Shown here piece after piece: positions 54,800-63,068 of a stretch of 64,000 nucleotides of DNA. How positions within the stretch are numbered: position 1 is the stretch's first letter; every line of letters begins with the position of its first letter. The notes below the pieces were generated by a model. It saw only the letters and a list, made by a program, of their open reading frames with translations, was not told where the DNA came from and searched no databases. Location: the NCBI GenBank assembly GCA_011174825.1, contig DUEZ01000064.1, forward strand, positions 17,512-81,511, read 5' to 3'. Both the position numbers and the translations under genes were made by a program. This stretch comes from Anaerolineae bacterium. Its GTDB lineage: Bacteria > Chloroflexota > Anaerolineae > Anaerolineales > E44-bin32.

Positions 54800-56458
54800 G
54801 TGTTAAACTACATGCAGAAGAGCTGCGAGGAAAGGACCGTAGTGGCTCAAGATCCCCTGCTTGTGGTTGACAATGTCTCTTTCCGCTACAGAGAGCGGGA
54901 GGAGCTCGCCATTAAAGACATCTCGCTCCAGCTTGAAGCCGGTGAAGTGCTGCTCATCGCGGGATCGAGCGGTTGTGGCAAGACGACCCTCGCCCGGGTG
55001 ATCAACGGATTAATTCCGCGCTCCTACAAAGGAGAACTGACCGGTCAAGTTTTAATCCATGGTCAAGACACCACTGGCATGTCGTTAGCTAGAATCTCGC
55101 AAAACGTCGGAACGGTGCTTCAAGATCCTGAACGGCAAATCCTTGGCACGAAGGTGATCAATGAGGTCGCTTTTGGTCTGGAAAACGCAGGCTTGCCACG
55201 AAAGGAGATCATCGACCGTGCCGAGGGATCGATGGAGTATTTGAGGATCGCTGACTTGAGGGATCGAGAGACGTTTAACCTCTCGGGTGGCGAGAAACAG
55301 AAAGTCGCCTTGGCGGGGGTGCTGGCGATGGAGCCGAGCTTGCTACTGCTGGATGAGCCGCTGGCAAGCCTTGATCCCGCCAGCGCATTGGATGCCTTGG
55401 GGTTGATGCGTGAACTGGCGGATGCAGGTATCGCAGTTCTGATTGTGGAACATCGGGTGGAGGATGTCCTCAAGATCTCACCGGATCGCATGCTATTTAT
55501 GGTGGACGGCGAAGTGGTCTATGAGGGATCGGCAGCAGGTGTGGCGCAGTCTGTTGATTACCACGAGGTCAAATTACCCGCTCGAATCGTGATGGAACGA
55601 GCAGCCGAAGATCCGCCTCCCGTGAAGATCGAGTTTCTGCCAGGAAAAGCTCCTGGTGACGATCCCCTGGTGCGATTTGAAAAAGTGTCCTTTTTCTATG
55701 AGGAAGGTCATGATGTCCTACAAGACATAGATCTGACGATCAATGCTGGGGACATCATCGCCATCCTGGGGCCTAACGGGGCCGGGAAGACGACACTGGT
55801 CAAACATGCTATCGGTCTTTTAAAACCCAAGAGTGGGAATGTATTTGTGGAGGGGAAGGACACACATAATCTGAGTGTGGCCGAAATTGCCAGCACGCTG
55901 GGTTATGTCTTTCAAAGCCCAAGCCATATGCTCTTCGCTCCCAGCGTGCGAGACGAACTCACCTTTGGACCGAGCAATTTGGGTCATCCGATGGAAGAGA
56001 TAGAAAAGGAGGTGCAGACATCGATTGACATCATGAATCTCTCCGGCATGGAAGAGAATCCACCGCTAGCGCTATCTTTTGGGCAGCAGAAACGAGTGAG
56101 CATCGCCGCCATCCTGGCCATGGGATCCAAGATCCTGGTTATGGATGAGCCGACCGCTGGGCAGGATTACAAGAACTACATGGATTTCATGGATTCTATC
56201 CTGCAACTGCCGAGCTTCGAATCGATCCTTTTCATCACCCACGATGTCGACTTGGCAGTGGTCTACGCCAATCGGGTCATCCTGCTCAACGAGGGCAGGT
56301 TGGTAGGTGATGGCAAACCGCAAGAGGTGCTCAGTGATTACGGGCACCTTGAGGGGTGGCGGCTTGTCCCAACATCCCTGCTCGACGTCAATTTAGAGAT
56401 GTTCGATCGGACTCAGTGTTTCATGCGTGCTGAGGCGCTAGCGCACATCCCTTCCTAA
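54800..56458 (+). CDS. ECF transporter fused double ATPase (EcfA1-EcfA2-like)
   Basis: There are two ABC cassettes. One has GSSGCGKTT / LSGGEKQKVALA / LLLDEP. The other has GPNGAGKTT / LSFGQQKRVSIA / LVMDEPT. The true start may be GTG 54842, after gaggaaagg. Confidence 0.85.
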   Translation: MLNYMQKSCEERTVVAQDPLLVVDNVSFRYREREELAIKDISLQLEAGEVLLIAGSSGCGKTTLARVINGLIPRSYKGELTGQVLIHGQDTTGMSLARISQNVGTVLQDPERQILGTKVINEVAFGLENAGLPRKEIIDRAEGSMEYLRIADLRDRETFNLSGGEKQKVALAGVLAMEPSLLLLDEPLASLDPASALDALGLMRELADAGIAVLIVEHRVEDVLKISPDRMLFMVDGEVVYEGSAAGVAQSVDYHEVKLPARIVMERAAEDPPPVKIEFLPGKAPGDDPLVRFEKVSFFYEEGHDVLQDIDLTINAGDIIAILGPNGAGKTTLVKHAIGLLKPKSGNVFVEGKDTHNLSVAEIASTLGYVFQSPSHMLFAPSVRDELTFGPSNLGHPMEEIEKEVQTSIDIMNLSGMEENPPLALSFGQQKRVSIAAILAMGSKILVMDEPTAGQDYKNYMDFMDSILQLPSFESILFITHDVDLAVVYANRVILLNEGRLVGDGKPQEVLSDYGHLEGWRLVPTSLLDVNLEMFDRTQCFMRAEALAHIPS

Positions 56459-56521
56459 TCAACGCGGCTGCAGCCGGAAGCCTATCCGCAATAATCATAA
56501 CGTTCATAAAGGAGGAGGAAT

Positions 56522-57457
56522 ATGAACGGCACAAGACCCCTATCGGTAGTCCTTTCTCTCGCAGCGGTGCTCGTTGTTTTCTTGCTGGTTGTCTGGATTG
56601 GGCCTTCGTTCAATGAAAGCCTGCAGTTGGACGAGACCGCCCTGATACGCTTCGTGTTTGTGGGCGTAGGCTTACTCGCGGTCTTCGTTGTGTACTGGTT
56701 CACGCGCGATAACGCTGCCTGGGAAGTGGGCACACGCGAGGTGGTGTACATGGCAATCGGCGCCGCCTTGTATGCAGTGTTTTCATATCTTTTCAACGGC
56801 ACCGTCTTCGTGGTCCCCTCGGTGAGCCAGGTCGCGTTACGACCGGCGATCGCAATCCCGATGTTCTTTGGTTACGCTTTTGGACCGGTGGTTGGTTTTT
56901 TCTCCGGCGCCGTGGGCAACATGTTCGGCGACGCATTGACCGGTTTTGGCCTCTATCCTCAATGGAGCGTGGCCAACGGATTGGTCGGTATGATCTCGGG
57001 CATGATCGCACTTTACGTCGATAAGAAGAGGGCCATGGATGCGGTTCTCTACATCAGCGCGGCCTTGGCCGCTGTCACCACCTTGATCTGGATCCTAAAT
57101 CCCACCCTAGAAAATTTAATGTTCTTTGACGTGGATGCGGGGATCTTTGGCGATGCGGCCATTTCAACCTTCGCGGGATTGTCGGCCGTGGTGGGCTTCG
57201 TACTGGTGGTGCTCATCCGACTGATATTCAGAGAGAACATCGATCTTGCGGCCGCCGTGACCTGGGCGATGTTGGGTAACTTCATCGGCATCGGGTTCGC
57301 GTCCATCTCGGATATCTGGGTCAACGGATACTCGCCGTCGGTGGCCATCGTGGGTGAATTCCTACCAGCCGCTGGGCCAAACATGATCTTCGCCGCCATC
57401 CTGGTTCCGATACTCATCGGAGCCTACAATGCCCTCCAGCGACAGATAGGACGCTAA
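56522..57457 (+). CDS. ECF transporter substrate-capture (S) component-like membrane protein, unusually long
   Basis: 311 aa and polytopic. LRPAIAIPMFFGYAFGPVVGFFSGAVGNMFGD resembles the S-component core. It sits between the ATPase and T genes. Confidence 0.55.
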   Translation: MNGTRPLSVVLSLAAVLVVFLLVVWIGPSFNESLQLDETALIRFVFVGVGLLAVFVVYWFTRDNAAWEVGTREVVYMAIGAALYAVFSYLFNGTVFVVPSVSQVALRPAIAIPMFFGYAFGPVVGFFSGAVGNMFGDALTGFGLYPQWSVANGLVGMISGMIALYVDKKRAMDAVLYISAALAAVTTLIWILNPTLENLMFFDVDAGIFGDAAISTFAGLSAVVGFVLVVLIRLIFRENIDLAAAVTWAMLGNFIGIGFASISDIWVNGYSPSVAIVGEFLPAAGPNMIFAAILVPILIGAYNALQRQIGR

Positions 57458-57491
57458 ACTAGGGGATGGTGGGGGACCACCCATCGAGTGG

Positions 57492-58397
57492 GTGCCCCCA
57501 CCTCCTTCCCTTTTGTATGGGGCCATGCTGGTAACTTGGCGATACCGAGACCGCAAATCGTTGATCCAGTCGTTTGATCCCAGCGCGTGGATCATTTTCT
57601 ACACCTGTTTTATCGTCGCTACCATCTTCTTCTGGGACATCCGCTACCTGAGTTTTCTCTTGATCATCGCGTTGGTGGTTGTCTTCACCTCCAAGGTTAC
57701 ATGGGGTGAGAGCAGACGGGCCTGGTTGTTTATTGGTGGATTTGTCGTCTTCTTTGCGGTATTGACCTTCCTAACCGGTCGTGGTGGCATGGAAGTCTAT
57801 GAGGAAGAGCATGTCATCACCACATTGCGTGCACCCTTTACCCTCTTCGGCTGGAGACCTGCGCTCGATATCACCCTCGAGCGAGCGATGTTTGGGCTTA
57901 GCCAAATGGTGAGGGTGTTCAGTATGGCCAGCGTGACCATCCTCATCCCCTATACTTTAAACCCGGCTCATTATGGGATCAGCTTTCGACGCCTTGGTCT
58001 ACCGGACAAGATCGCCTATGCCATGGATCTGACGATGCGCTTCATCCCGACCTTTGGACGCGATTTCCAATTGACCATGGACGCACAACGAGCACGGGGT
58101 TATGAGATCGAGAAGCTAAGTGGGGGATTGTTCTCACAAGTGCGAAAGCTCGCGCCGCTGATCGTCCCGGTGACCATTCACGCCATCGCCGGTAGCGAAG
58201 ACATCATCGACGCCATGGATTTACGCGGTTTTGGGATCGGACCTCGGACGTGGCTGACGGAGTTGAAATTCAAGAGGCGTGATTATGCGTTGACGGTGTT
58301 CGGGGGCGTAATACTTTTTGGATCTGTCCTCGCTTCGCTCTTCGGCTACGGGAAATTCTGGGTGCCACCGGCCCTGCTGAATGCGCTTGGGGGTTAG
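57492..58397 (+). CDS. ECF transporter transmembrane (T) component, EcfT/CbiQ family
   Basis: Polytopic, with the T-component coupling region ...AMDLTMRFIPTFGRDFQLTMDAQRARG... The start is uncertain (GTG 57492 or ATG 57525). Confidence 0.75.
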   Translation: MPPPPSLLYGAMLVTWRYRDRKSLIQSFDPSAWIIFYTCFIVATIFFWDIRYLSFLLIIALVVVFTSKVTWGESRRAWLFIGGFVVFFAVLTFLTGRGGMEVYEEEHVITTLRAPFTLFGWRPALDITLERAMFGLSQMVRVFSMASVTILIPYTLNPAHYGISFRRLGLPDKIAYAMDLTMRFIPTFGRDFQLTMDAQRARGYEIEKLSGGLFSQVRKLAPLIVPVTIHAIAGSEDIIDAMDLRGFGIGPRTWLTELKFKRRDYALTVFGGVILFGSVLASLFGYGKFWVPPALLNALGG

Positions 58398-58423
58398 TTG
58401 CAAAACGTCGAGGGTAGCGATCG

Positions 58424-59527
58424 TTACGATCGATCCGATCGACGCACTTTCCATATAACGACGGCGTAAAGCAAGGCGGAAATCGCCAGTACGCTGACCA
58501 AATCCCTAAAGATCTCTGTCCAGAGAGCACTTTCCAAGAAAGAAGCGAAGATGATCTTCGCCAGTGCCACCGAGGGTACCCAGGGGATGATAGCCTGAAG
58601 GAACGATGGCACTTGGACGTTAACCATATAGACAAACATGGCGCCAACAAGGATCAGAATCAGCAACATCATCAAACCGATCACCTCTTGCTGACGCTCA
58701 AAGAAGCTCCCCAGCACCAAGCCTACTGCTACGCCAAACGCCCCACAGCCGATCATAGCGAGTAGCGCGATTTCCCAGTGGACTACCGCGCTATAGTGGA
58801 AGGCGAATACCACCCCTGCAATCACGAAGATATAAAACAACCCAGCCAAGGCTTTCCCTACCACGACTTGACGGATGCTGGCCGGAGATACCAGGAGAGC
58901 CTCCATGGTTTTGGTCTGTTTTTCCTCGAACAGTAAATTAGGAACCAACTGAATGCTGAAGACGAGAATGAGGGTCACTGAGGTGATTATTGCGATACCC
59001 AGCAGGAGCGCCGTATCACGCGAGGGGAAGGCAATGTTCCCTTCGAAGTTCAGGTGCACGGGCTGACCTAACAGATCCGTAAATTGTCGCTCAAAATCAT
59101 CTTGAAGCTCGTCGGCCTTGGCACGGTTAGCCCAGCTCACGTAACCATCGAGTACAGGCTGCACATCAGCCTTGAATAATGGGTCAAAATCATTGGGCAC
59201 GACCACACCGACCTCGACACCAAGACCGAATCCCATACCGCCTATCGTTTTCTTTAACTCCTCAATAGAACGTGTCTGACTTACCCGAAACTGAGGACTG
59301 TTCTCCAATTCGAGGACCAGACCTGAACTGCCGGGGTCGTATACCAGCACTTCGGTATACGGTGGATCTAACATCCAAGACATCACCCTCGGCATGGACA
59401 GCATAAAAGTTAAGCCGATGATCAGGGAAAGGACCAGTCTGTTCCTGATCGCATCCAAGATGTCTTTTGATGCAATGGTCCAAATGACATTCAAGTTGTC
59501 GAGGGCTTTGCTTCTTGTTGTATTCAT
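58424..59527 (-). CDS. ABC-2 type (NatB-like) permease, paralogue C
   Basis: 367 aa. An N-terminal TM is followed by a large extracytoplasmic loop and then five to six TMs. It shares the motif EEKQTKTMEALLVSPAS..QVVVGKALAG. Confidence 0.75.
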   Translation of the reverse strand: MNTTRSKALDNLNVIWTIASKDILDAIRNRLVLSLIIGLTFMLSMPRVMSWMLDPPYTEVLVYDPGSSGLVLELENSPQFRVSQTRSIEELKKTIGGMGFGLGVEVGVVVPNDFDPLFKADVQPVLDGYVSWANRAKADELQDDFERQFTDLLGQPVHLNFEGNIAFPSRDTALLLGIAIITSVTLILVFSIQLVPNLLFEEKQTKTMEALLVSPASIRQVVVGKALAGLFYIFVIAGVVFAFHYSAVVHWEIALLAMIGCGAFGVAVGLVLGSFFERQQEVIGLMMLLILILVGAMFVYMVNVQVPSFLQAIIPWVPSVALAKIIFASFLESALWTEIFRDLVSVLAISALLYAVVIWKVRRSDRS

Positions 59528-59573
59528 TGATAGTTCAACCTTTTTGTGGACTCACTCTTGAGCCAAAAAGCTG

Positions 59574-59610
59574 TCAGCCTTCAGCTGTCAGCAAGAACGC
59601 TGAAGGCTGA
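59574..59610. repeat. Intercistronic hairpin built from TCAGCNN heptamers
   Basis: tcagccttcagc (59574-59585) pairs with gctgaaggctga (59599-59610). The conserved box gctgatggctaac abuts the upstream stop codon. Confidence 0.8.
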
Positions 59611-59620
59611 TGGCTAACCA

Positions 59621-60706
59621 CTATCGATCCGAACTGCGTACCTTCCAGATAACGATCGCAAAGACCAGACCGGTGCTCCCCAACGCGATCGCTAGATCCT
59701 TCAAGAGCTGGGACAGCGGCGCGTAGCTTGAGAATGCGAATTGAAACATCTCCACCAAGGCCGTAGTTGGGAGCCAGGAAAATATGGCCTTCAGGCTCGG
59801 AGCGAGATGGGTCATTCCTGCCAAAGCTGTAGGAACGATCAGGAAGATTATCAGAGGCGCCAGCCAAAGAGCCAACTGCTGTGGGGTATGAAGAAGGCTG
59901 CTCACCGCTAATGCCAATCCGATGCCGAACAGCGCACATAGTAGGAACGCCAGGAGCGCCAGTCCCCAATTTGTGATGTAAGTCCAATTGAGAGCAAGGA
60001 ACAACCCGCCAGTCAGCACTACGTAAAACAACCCGGCAAGGGCTTTCCCCATCACCACCTGCCCGGTGGAGGCCGGAGAGACCAGCAATGCGTCCAAGGT
60101 CTTGGTCTGTTTTTCCTCCTGCATCAAGGCGGGTATTAATGTAATGGCCATAAATAAGGTTACAAAGAGAATGTGCTGGTTCACATCGGTCGTATCGATG
60201 TCGGGCGATGGGACGACGATGTTTTCCCCAATCTCGATCTGCACTGGCTGACCGAGTAATTCGCTGAACTTTGCGCTGTATAACGTTTCTAGTTCAGCCA
60301 CCTTTCCGCGCCATGCCCACAAGATGTAGCCGGTGAGGGTGATTTCACTGCCCGAAGCCAGGTTCTGCTCGAAATCAGCTGGCACGACAAGTCCCCAATG
60401 TTCATGGCGCATATTTCTTTTCATTTGTCCTAGCGAAGAGACCTCGATATGGCGGATCTCATAGCTATCCGATAATTCGATTGTTCCCTCAAATAGGCCA
60501 GAATCACCCTCGTCATATACGATCGCTTCTATACTTTTATCCCATGGACGGACTGTAGAAATCCAATAAAAGAACACTACCATACCCATCATCATGATGA
60601 TAGTGATGCAGGTGCCCTTGTTCTTCAAGGCATCCACGATGTCCTTCGAAGCGATCGACCCAACCACGTTGAGGCTGTTGATCACTTTTTCTCTCGTTGA
60701 GTTCAT
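59621..60706 (-). CDS. ABC-2 type (NatB-like) permease, paralogue B
   Basis: 361 aa, collinear with paralogue A (about 60 percent identical by eye). Confidence 0.75.
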   Translation of the reverse strand: MNSTREKVINSLNVVGSIASKDIVDALKNKGTCITIIMMMGMVVFFYWISTVRPWDKSIEAIVYDEGDSGLFEGTIELSDSYEIRHIEVSSLGQMKRNMRHEHWGLVVPADFEQNLASGSEITLTGYILWAWRGKVAELETLYSAKFSELLGQPVQIEIGENIVVPSPDIDTTDVNQHILFVTLFMAITLIPALMQEEKQTKTLDALLVSPASTGQVVMGKALAGLFYVVLTGGLFLALNWTYITNWGLALLAFLLCALFGIGLALAVSSLLHTPQQLALWLAPLIIFLIVPTALAGMTHLAPSLKAIFSWLPTTALVEMFQFAFSSYAPLSQLLKDLAIALGSTGLVFAIVIWKVRSSDR

Positions 60707-60731
60707 TGGATATATTCCCTTCTGGTGCGTA

Positions 60732-60783
60732 AGCTTTCAGCTGTCAGCTCTCAGCTATCAATTTTTGCTGACAGCTGAAAGCT
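60732..60783. repeat. Intercistronic hairpin, 17-bp perfect stem (CAGCTNT heptamers)
   Basis: agctttcagctgtcagc (60732-60748) pairs with gctgacagctgaaagct (60767-60783), followed by gatggctaac. Confidence 0.85.
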
Positions 60784-60795
60784 GATGGCTAACTG

Positions 60796-61881
60796 CTATC
60801 TATCCGCACGTTGTATCTTCCAGATAACGATCGCGAAGACCAGAGCGGTGCTCCCCAGCGCGAGCGCTAGATTCTTTAAGAGTTGGGACAGCGGTGCGTG
60901 GCTTGAAAATGAGAATTGGACCATCTCCACCATGGCCGTGGTGGGGAGCCAGGAAAATATAGCCTTCAAATTTACCGCGAGGTTTGGTTCTGAGGCAAAG
61001 AACGCCGGAACAAGCAGGACAGCAACGATGGGAAACATCCAAAGTCTTACCTGTTGTGGGGATTTGATGAAAACACCCAATGCTAATGCTACAGCGATGG
61101 AAAACAGCGCGGTGCAAAGGAAAGCCAAGAGTGCCAACCCCCAATGGGTAACATACGCCCAGTGGAGGGCGAAGAACAAGCCGCCACTCAAGAGGATGTA
61201 GAAGGCTCCTGCCAGAGCTTTGCCCATGACAACCTGACCGGCACTGGCCGGAGAGACCAGCAGCGCTTCCATGGTCCTGGTTTGTTTTTCCTCCATCATC
61301 AAGTGGGGTACGATGGAGATGGCCATCCAGAATACTGCGAAGAGAATGGTGAACTGCACGGTCGAGGTTTCGACGTCTGGTTGGGGGATGACGAAGTTCT
61401 CGCCAATTTCGACTCGCACAGGTTGTCCGAGCAACTCGCTGAACTTGTCACTGTATTTCAGCTCCAAATCAGGGACCCTTGTACGATGGACCCACAGGAT
61501 GTAGCCGGATAGTTCGGGCTCACCACCCGCTTCCAAGGTCCGATCAAAATCCGATGGGACAACAATCCCTAGTTGTTTATAGCCCATCATCCGTTCCATC
61601 TCTTGTAGCGAGGACACTTCGTAGAACCTAAAACTATAACCATCCCCTAATTGGGTTGGCAGATCTGTTAGGCTGGAATGGCCTTCATCATAGATGGCCA
61701 CATCGATCTTTTTATCAAAAGGTCTTGGGGTTGAAGACCAGTAGAAAAACACCACAATGAATACCAGCAGGGCGATGTTGGTGCGGGTGTTCTTGTTTTT
61801 CAAGGCGTCTACGATGTCTTTCGACCCGATCGCCCAGGCCATATAGATGTTATCCATGAAATTTCTTGTGATCGCGCTCAT
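60796..61881 (-). CDS. ABC-2 type (NatB-like) permease, paralogue A
   Basis: 361 aa. Its start overlaps the ATPase stop (TAATG). Confidence 0.75.
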   Translation of the reverse strand: MSAITRNFMDNIYMAWAIGSKDIVDALKNKNTRTNIALLVFIVVFFYWSSTPRPFDKKIDVAIYDEGHSSLTDLPTQLGDGYSFRFYEVSSLQEMERMMGYKQLGIVVPSDFDRTLEAGGEPELSGYILWVHRTRVPDLELKYSDKFSELLGQPVRVEIGENFVIPQPDVETSTVQFTILFAVFWMAISIVPHLMMEEKQTRTMEALLVSPASAGQVVMGKALAGAFYILLSGGLFFALHWAYVTHWGLALLAFLCTALFSIAVALALGVFIKSPQQVRLWMFPIVAVLLVPAFFASEPNLAVNLKAIFSWLPTTAMVEMVQFSFSSHAPLSQLLKNLALALGSTALVFAIVIWKIQRADR

Positions 61882-62624
61882 TATTCTAAACTCTCCCGCC
61901 CAAGATACCTTCCGGTAAGTTGGACGAATACATCTTCTAAAGTCGTACGCTCGTCTTCGCCATACTCCGCTTTCAGGTGTTCAGGTGTGTCCAGGGCGAC
62001 GATGCGGCCTTGATCAATGATCGCCACCCGATCACTGAGTTGGTCGGCTTCTTCCATGTAGTGGGTGGTCAAGAAGATCGTCATTCCCTGGTCAGCCAAT
62101 TCTGTGGCGATGGCGCGAATGTCTCTTGCCACGTTGGGATCTAGTCCTTTAGTTGGCTCATCTAAGAAAAGAACCTTGGGTTTGTGCAGAAGCGCTCGTG
62201 CAATCAGCAAGCGCTGCTTCATCCCATTGGAGTAGGTTCCCACTTTGTCACGTGCTCGTTCGGTCAGACCCACGTGCGCCAAGACTTCCTCCACGCGCGC
62301 TTTCTTCACACGGTACAACCGAGCATAGAAGCGCAAGTTGTCGCCCGCAGATAGGCGTTCGTAGAGGTTGTGATTCTCAAACACCACGCCGATCTGAGGT
62401 TTCAAAGCCTGACGCTCCTCCACCACGTCGCAGCCCATGACCTGTGCCGTTCCGGAGGTGGGACGCAACTGACCGGTGAGCATCTTGATGGTGGTTGTTT
62501 TACCGGCACCGTTTGGGCCTAAGAAGCCGAAGATCTCCCCTGGCTCGACATCAAAGCTGATCCCGTCAACGGCGCGTTGGCCATTGTAGTCGCGGGTCAG
62601 GTCCTGAACCATGATCGCTTTCAT
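61881..62624 (-). CDS. ABC transporter ATP-binding protein (ABC-2/NatA-like)
   Basis: About 247 aa from ATG 62624 (MKAIMVQDLTRDY). Motifs GPNGAGKTT, SNGMKQRLLIARAL, LFLDEPT and TTHYMEEA are all intact. The track N-terminal extension is discarded. Confidence 0.88.
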   Translation of the reverse strand: MKAIMVQDLTRDYNGQRAVDGISFDVEPGEIFGFLGPNGAGKTTTIKMLTGQLRPTSGTAQVMGCDVVEERQALKPQIGVVFENHNLYERLSAGDNLRFYARLYRVKKARVEEVLAHVGLTERARDKVGTYSNGMKQRLLIARALLHKPKVLFLDEPTKGLDPNVARDIRAIATELADQGMTIFLTTHYMEEADQLSDRVAIIDQGRIVALDTPEHLKAEYGEDERTTLEDVFVQLTGRYLGRESLE

Positions 62625-63005
62625 TGTTTTCCCTTTCCAGGGCGCAGGGATTTTCGCCTCCTGCCTCGATTTTCCGTCCGAATTTCTGGTTACAGCATAT
62701 AAAAAAGGAAAGGACCTCGCAATAAAAAGTCGGCGAACGGCCATTGGTGATGGCGAACGGCTTAAATTCGGGGGTGAAACCCCAGGATTTATAGGCATTT
62801 TGCGGGTTCAACATGGACTTAAATGACAAACGCAGGTGAAGAATGTCTGTACAACCCCAACGATATAAGGGTGCAAATCTAGGGAATTCATGGTGTTATT
62901 CTGAGGTGTCAAACCCCGATGAATCCCTATGATGAAGCTTGTGATGTCGTAACATCACAGGGATTCTTCGCGCCTTACGGCGCTCAGAATGACATTCGGA
63001 ATATA

Positions 63006-63068
63006 AAGCCATCAGCTTTCACCCACCAGCTTTCTTGCTGATAGCTGACGGCTGACAGCTGATGGCTT
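63006..63068. repeat. Hairpin of the same GCTGATGGCT family, overlapping the stop of the LytTR-fusion gene
   Basis: aagccatcagct (63006-63017) pairs with agctgatggctt (63057-63068). The internal heptamers are tagctg acggctg acagctg atggctt. Confidence 0.75.

Noticed and set aside
54240-54800. Possible TPP or other vitamin riboswitch upstream of the ECF transporter
   Set aside because: I looked for THI-box hallmarks (CTGAGA ... ACCTGATCTGGATAATGCCAGCG) and did not find them. The region is instead explained by a decayed gene fragment and a heptamer hairpin.
57458-57500. Palindrome ggtgggggaccaccca-tcga-gtgggtgcccccacc between the ECF S and T genes
   Set aside because: It is a real inverted repeat but a single copy, sitting within an operon spacer. 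It is most simply an intercistronic stem-loop, and I could attach nothing further to it.
62625-62798. 58-codon N-terminal extension of the ABC ATPase ORF
   Set aside because: The canonical ABC N-terminus (MKAIMVQDLTRDY) starts at ATG 62624 with an RBS. The extension is Pro/Ser/Arg-rich shadow sequence.
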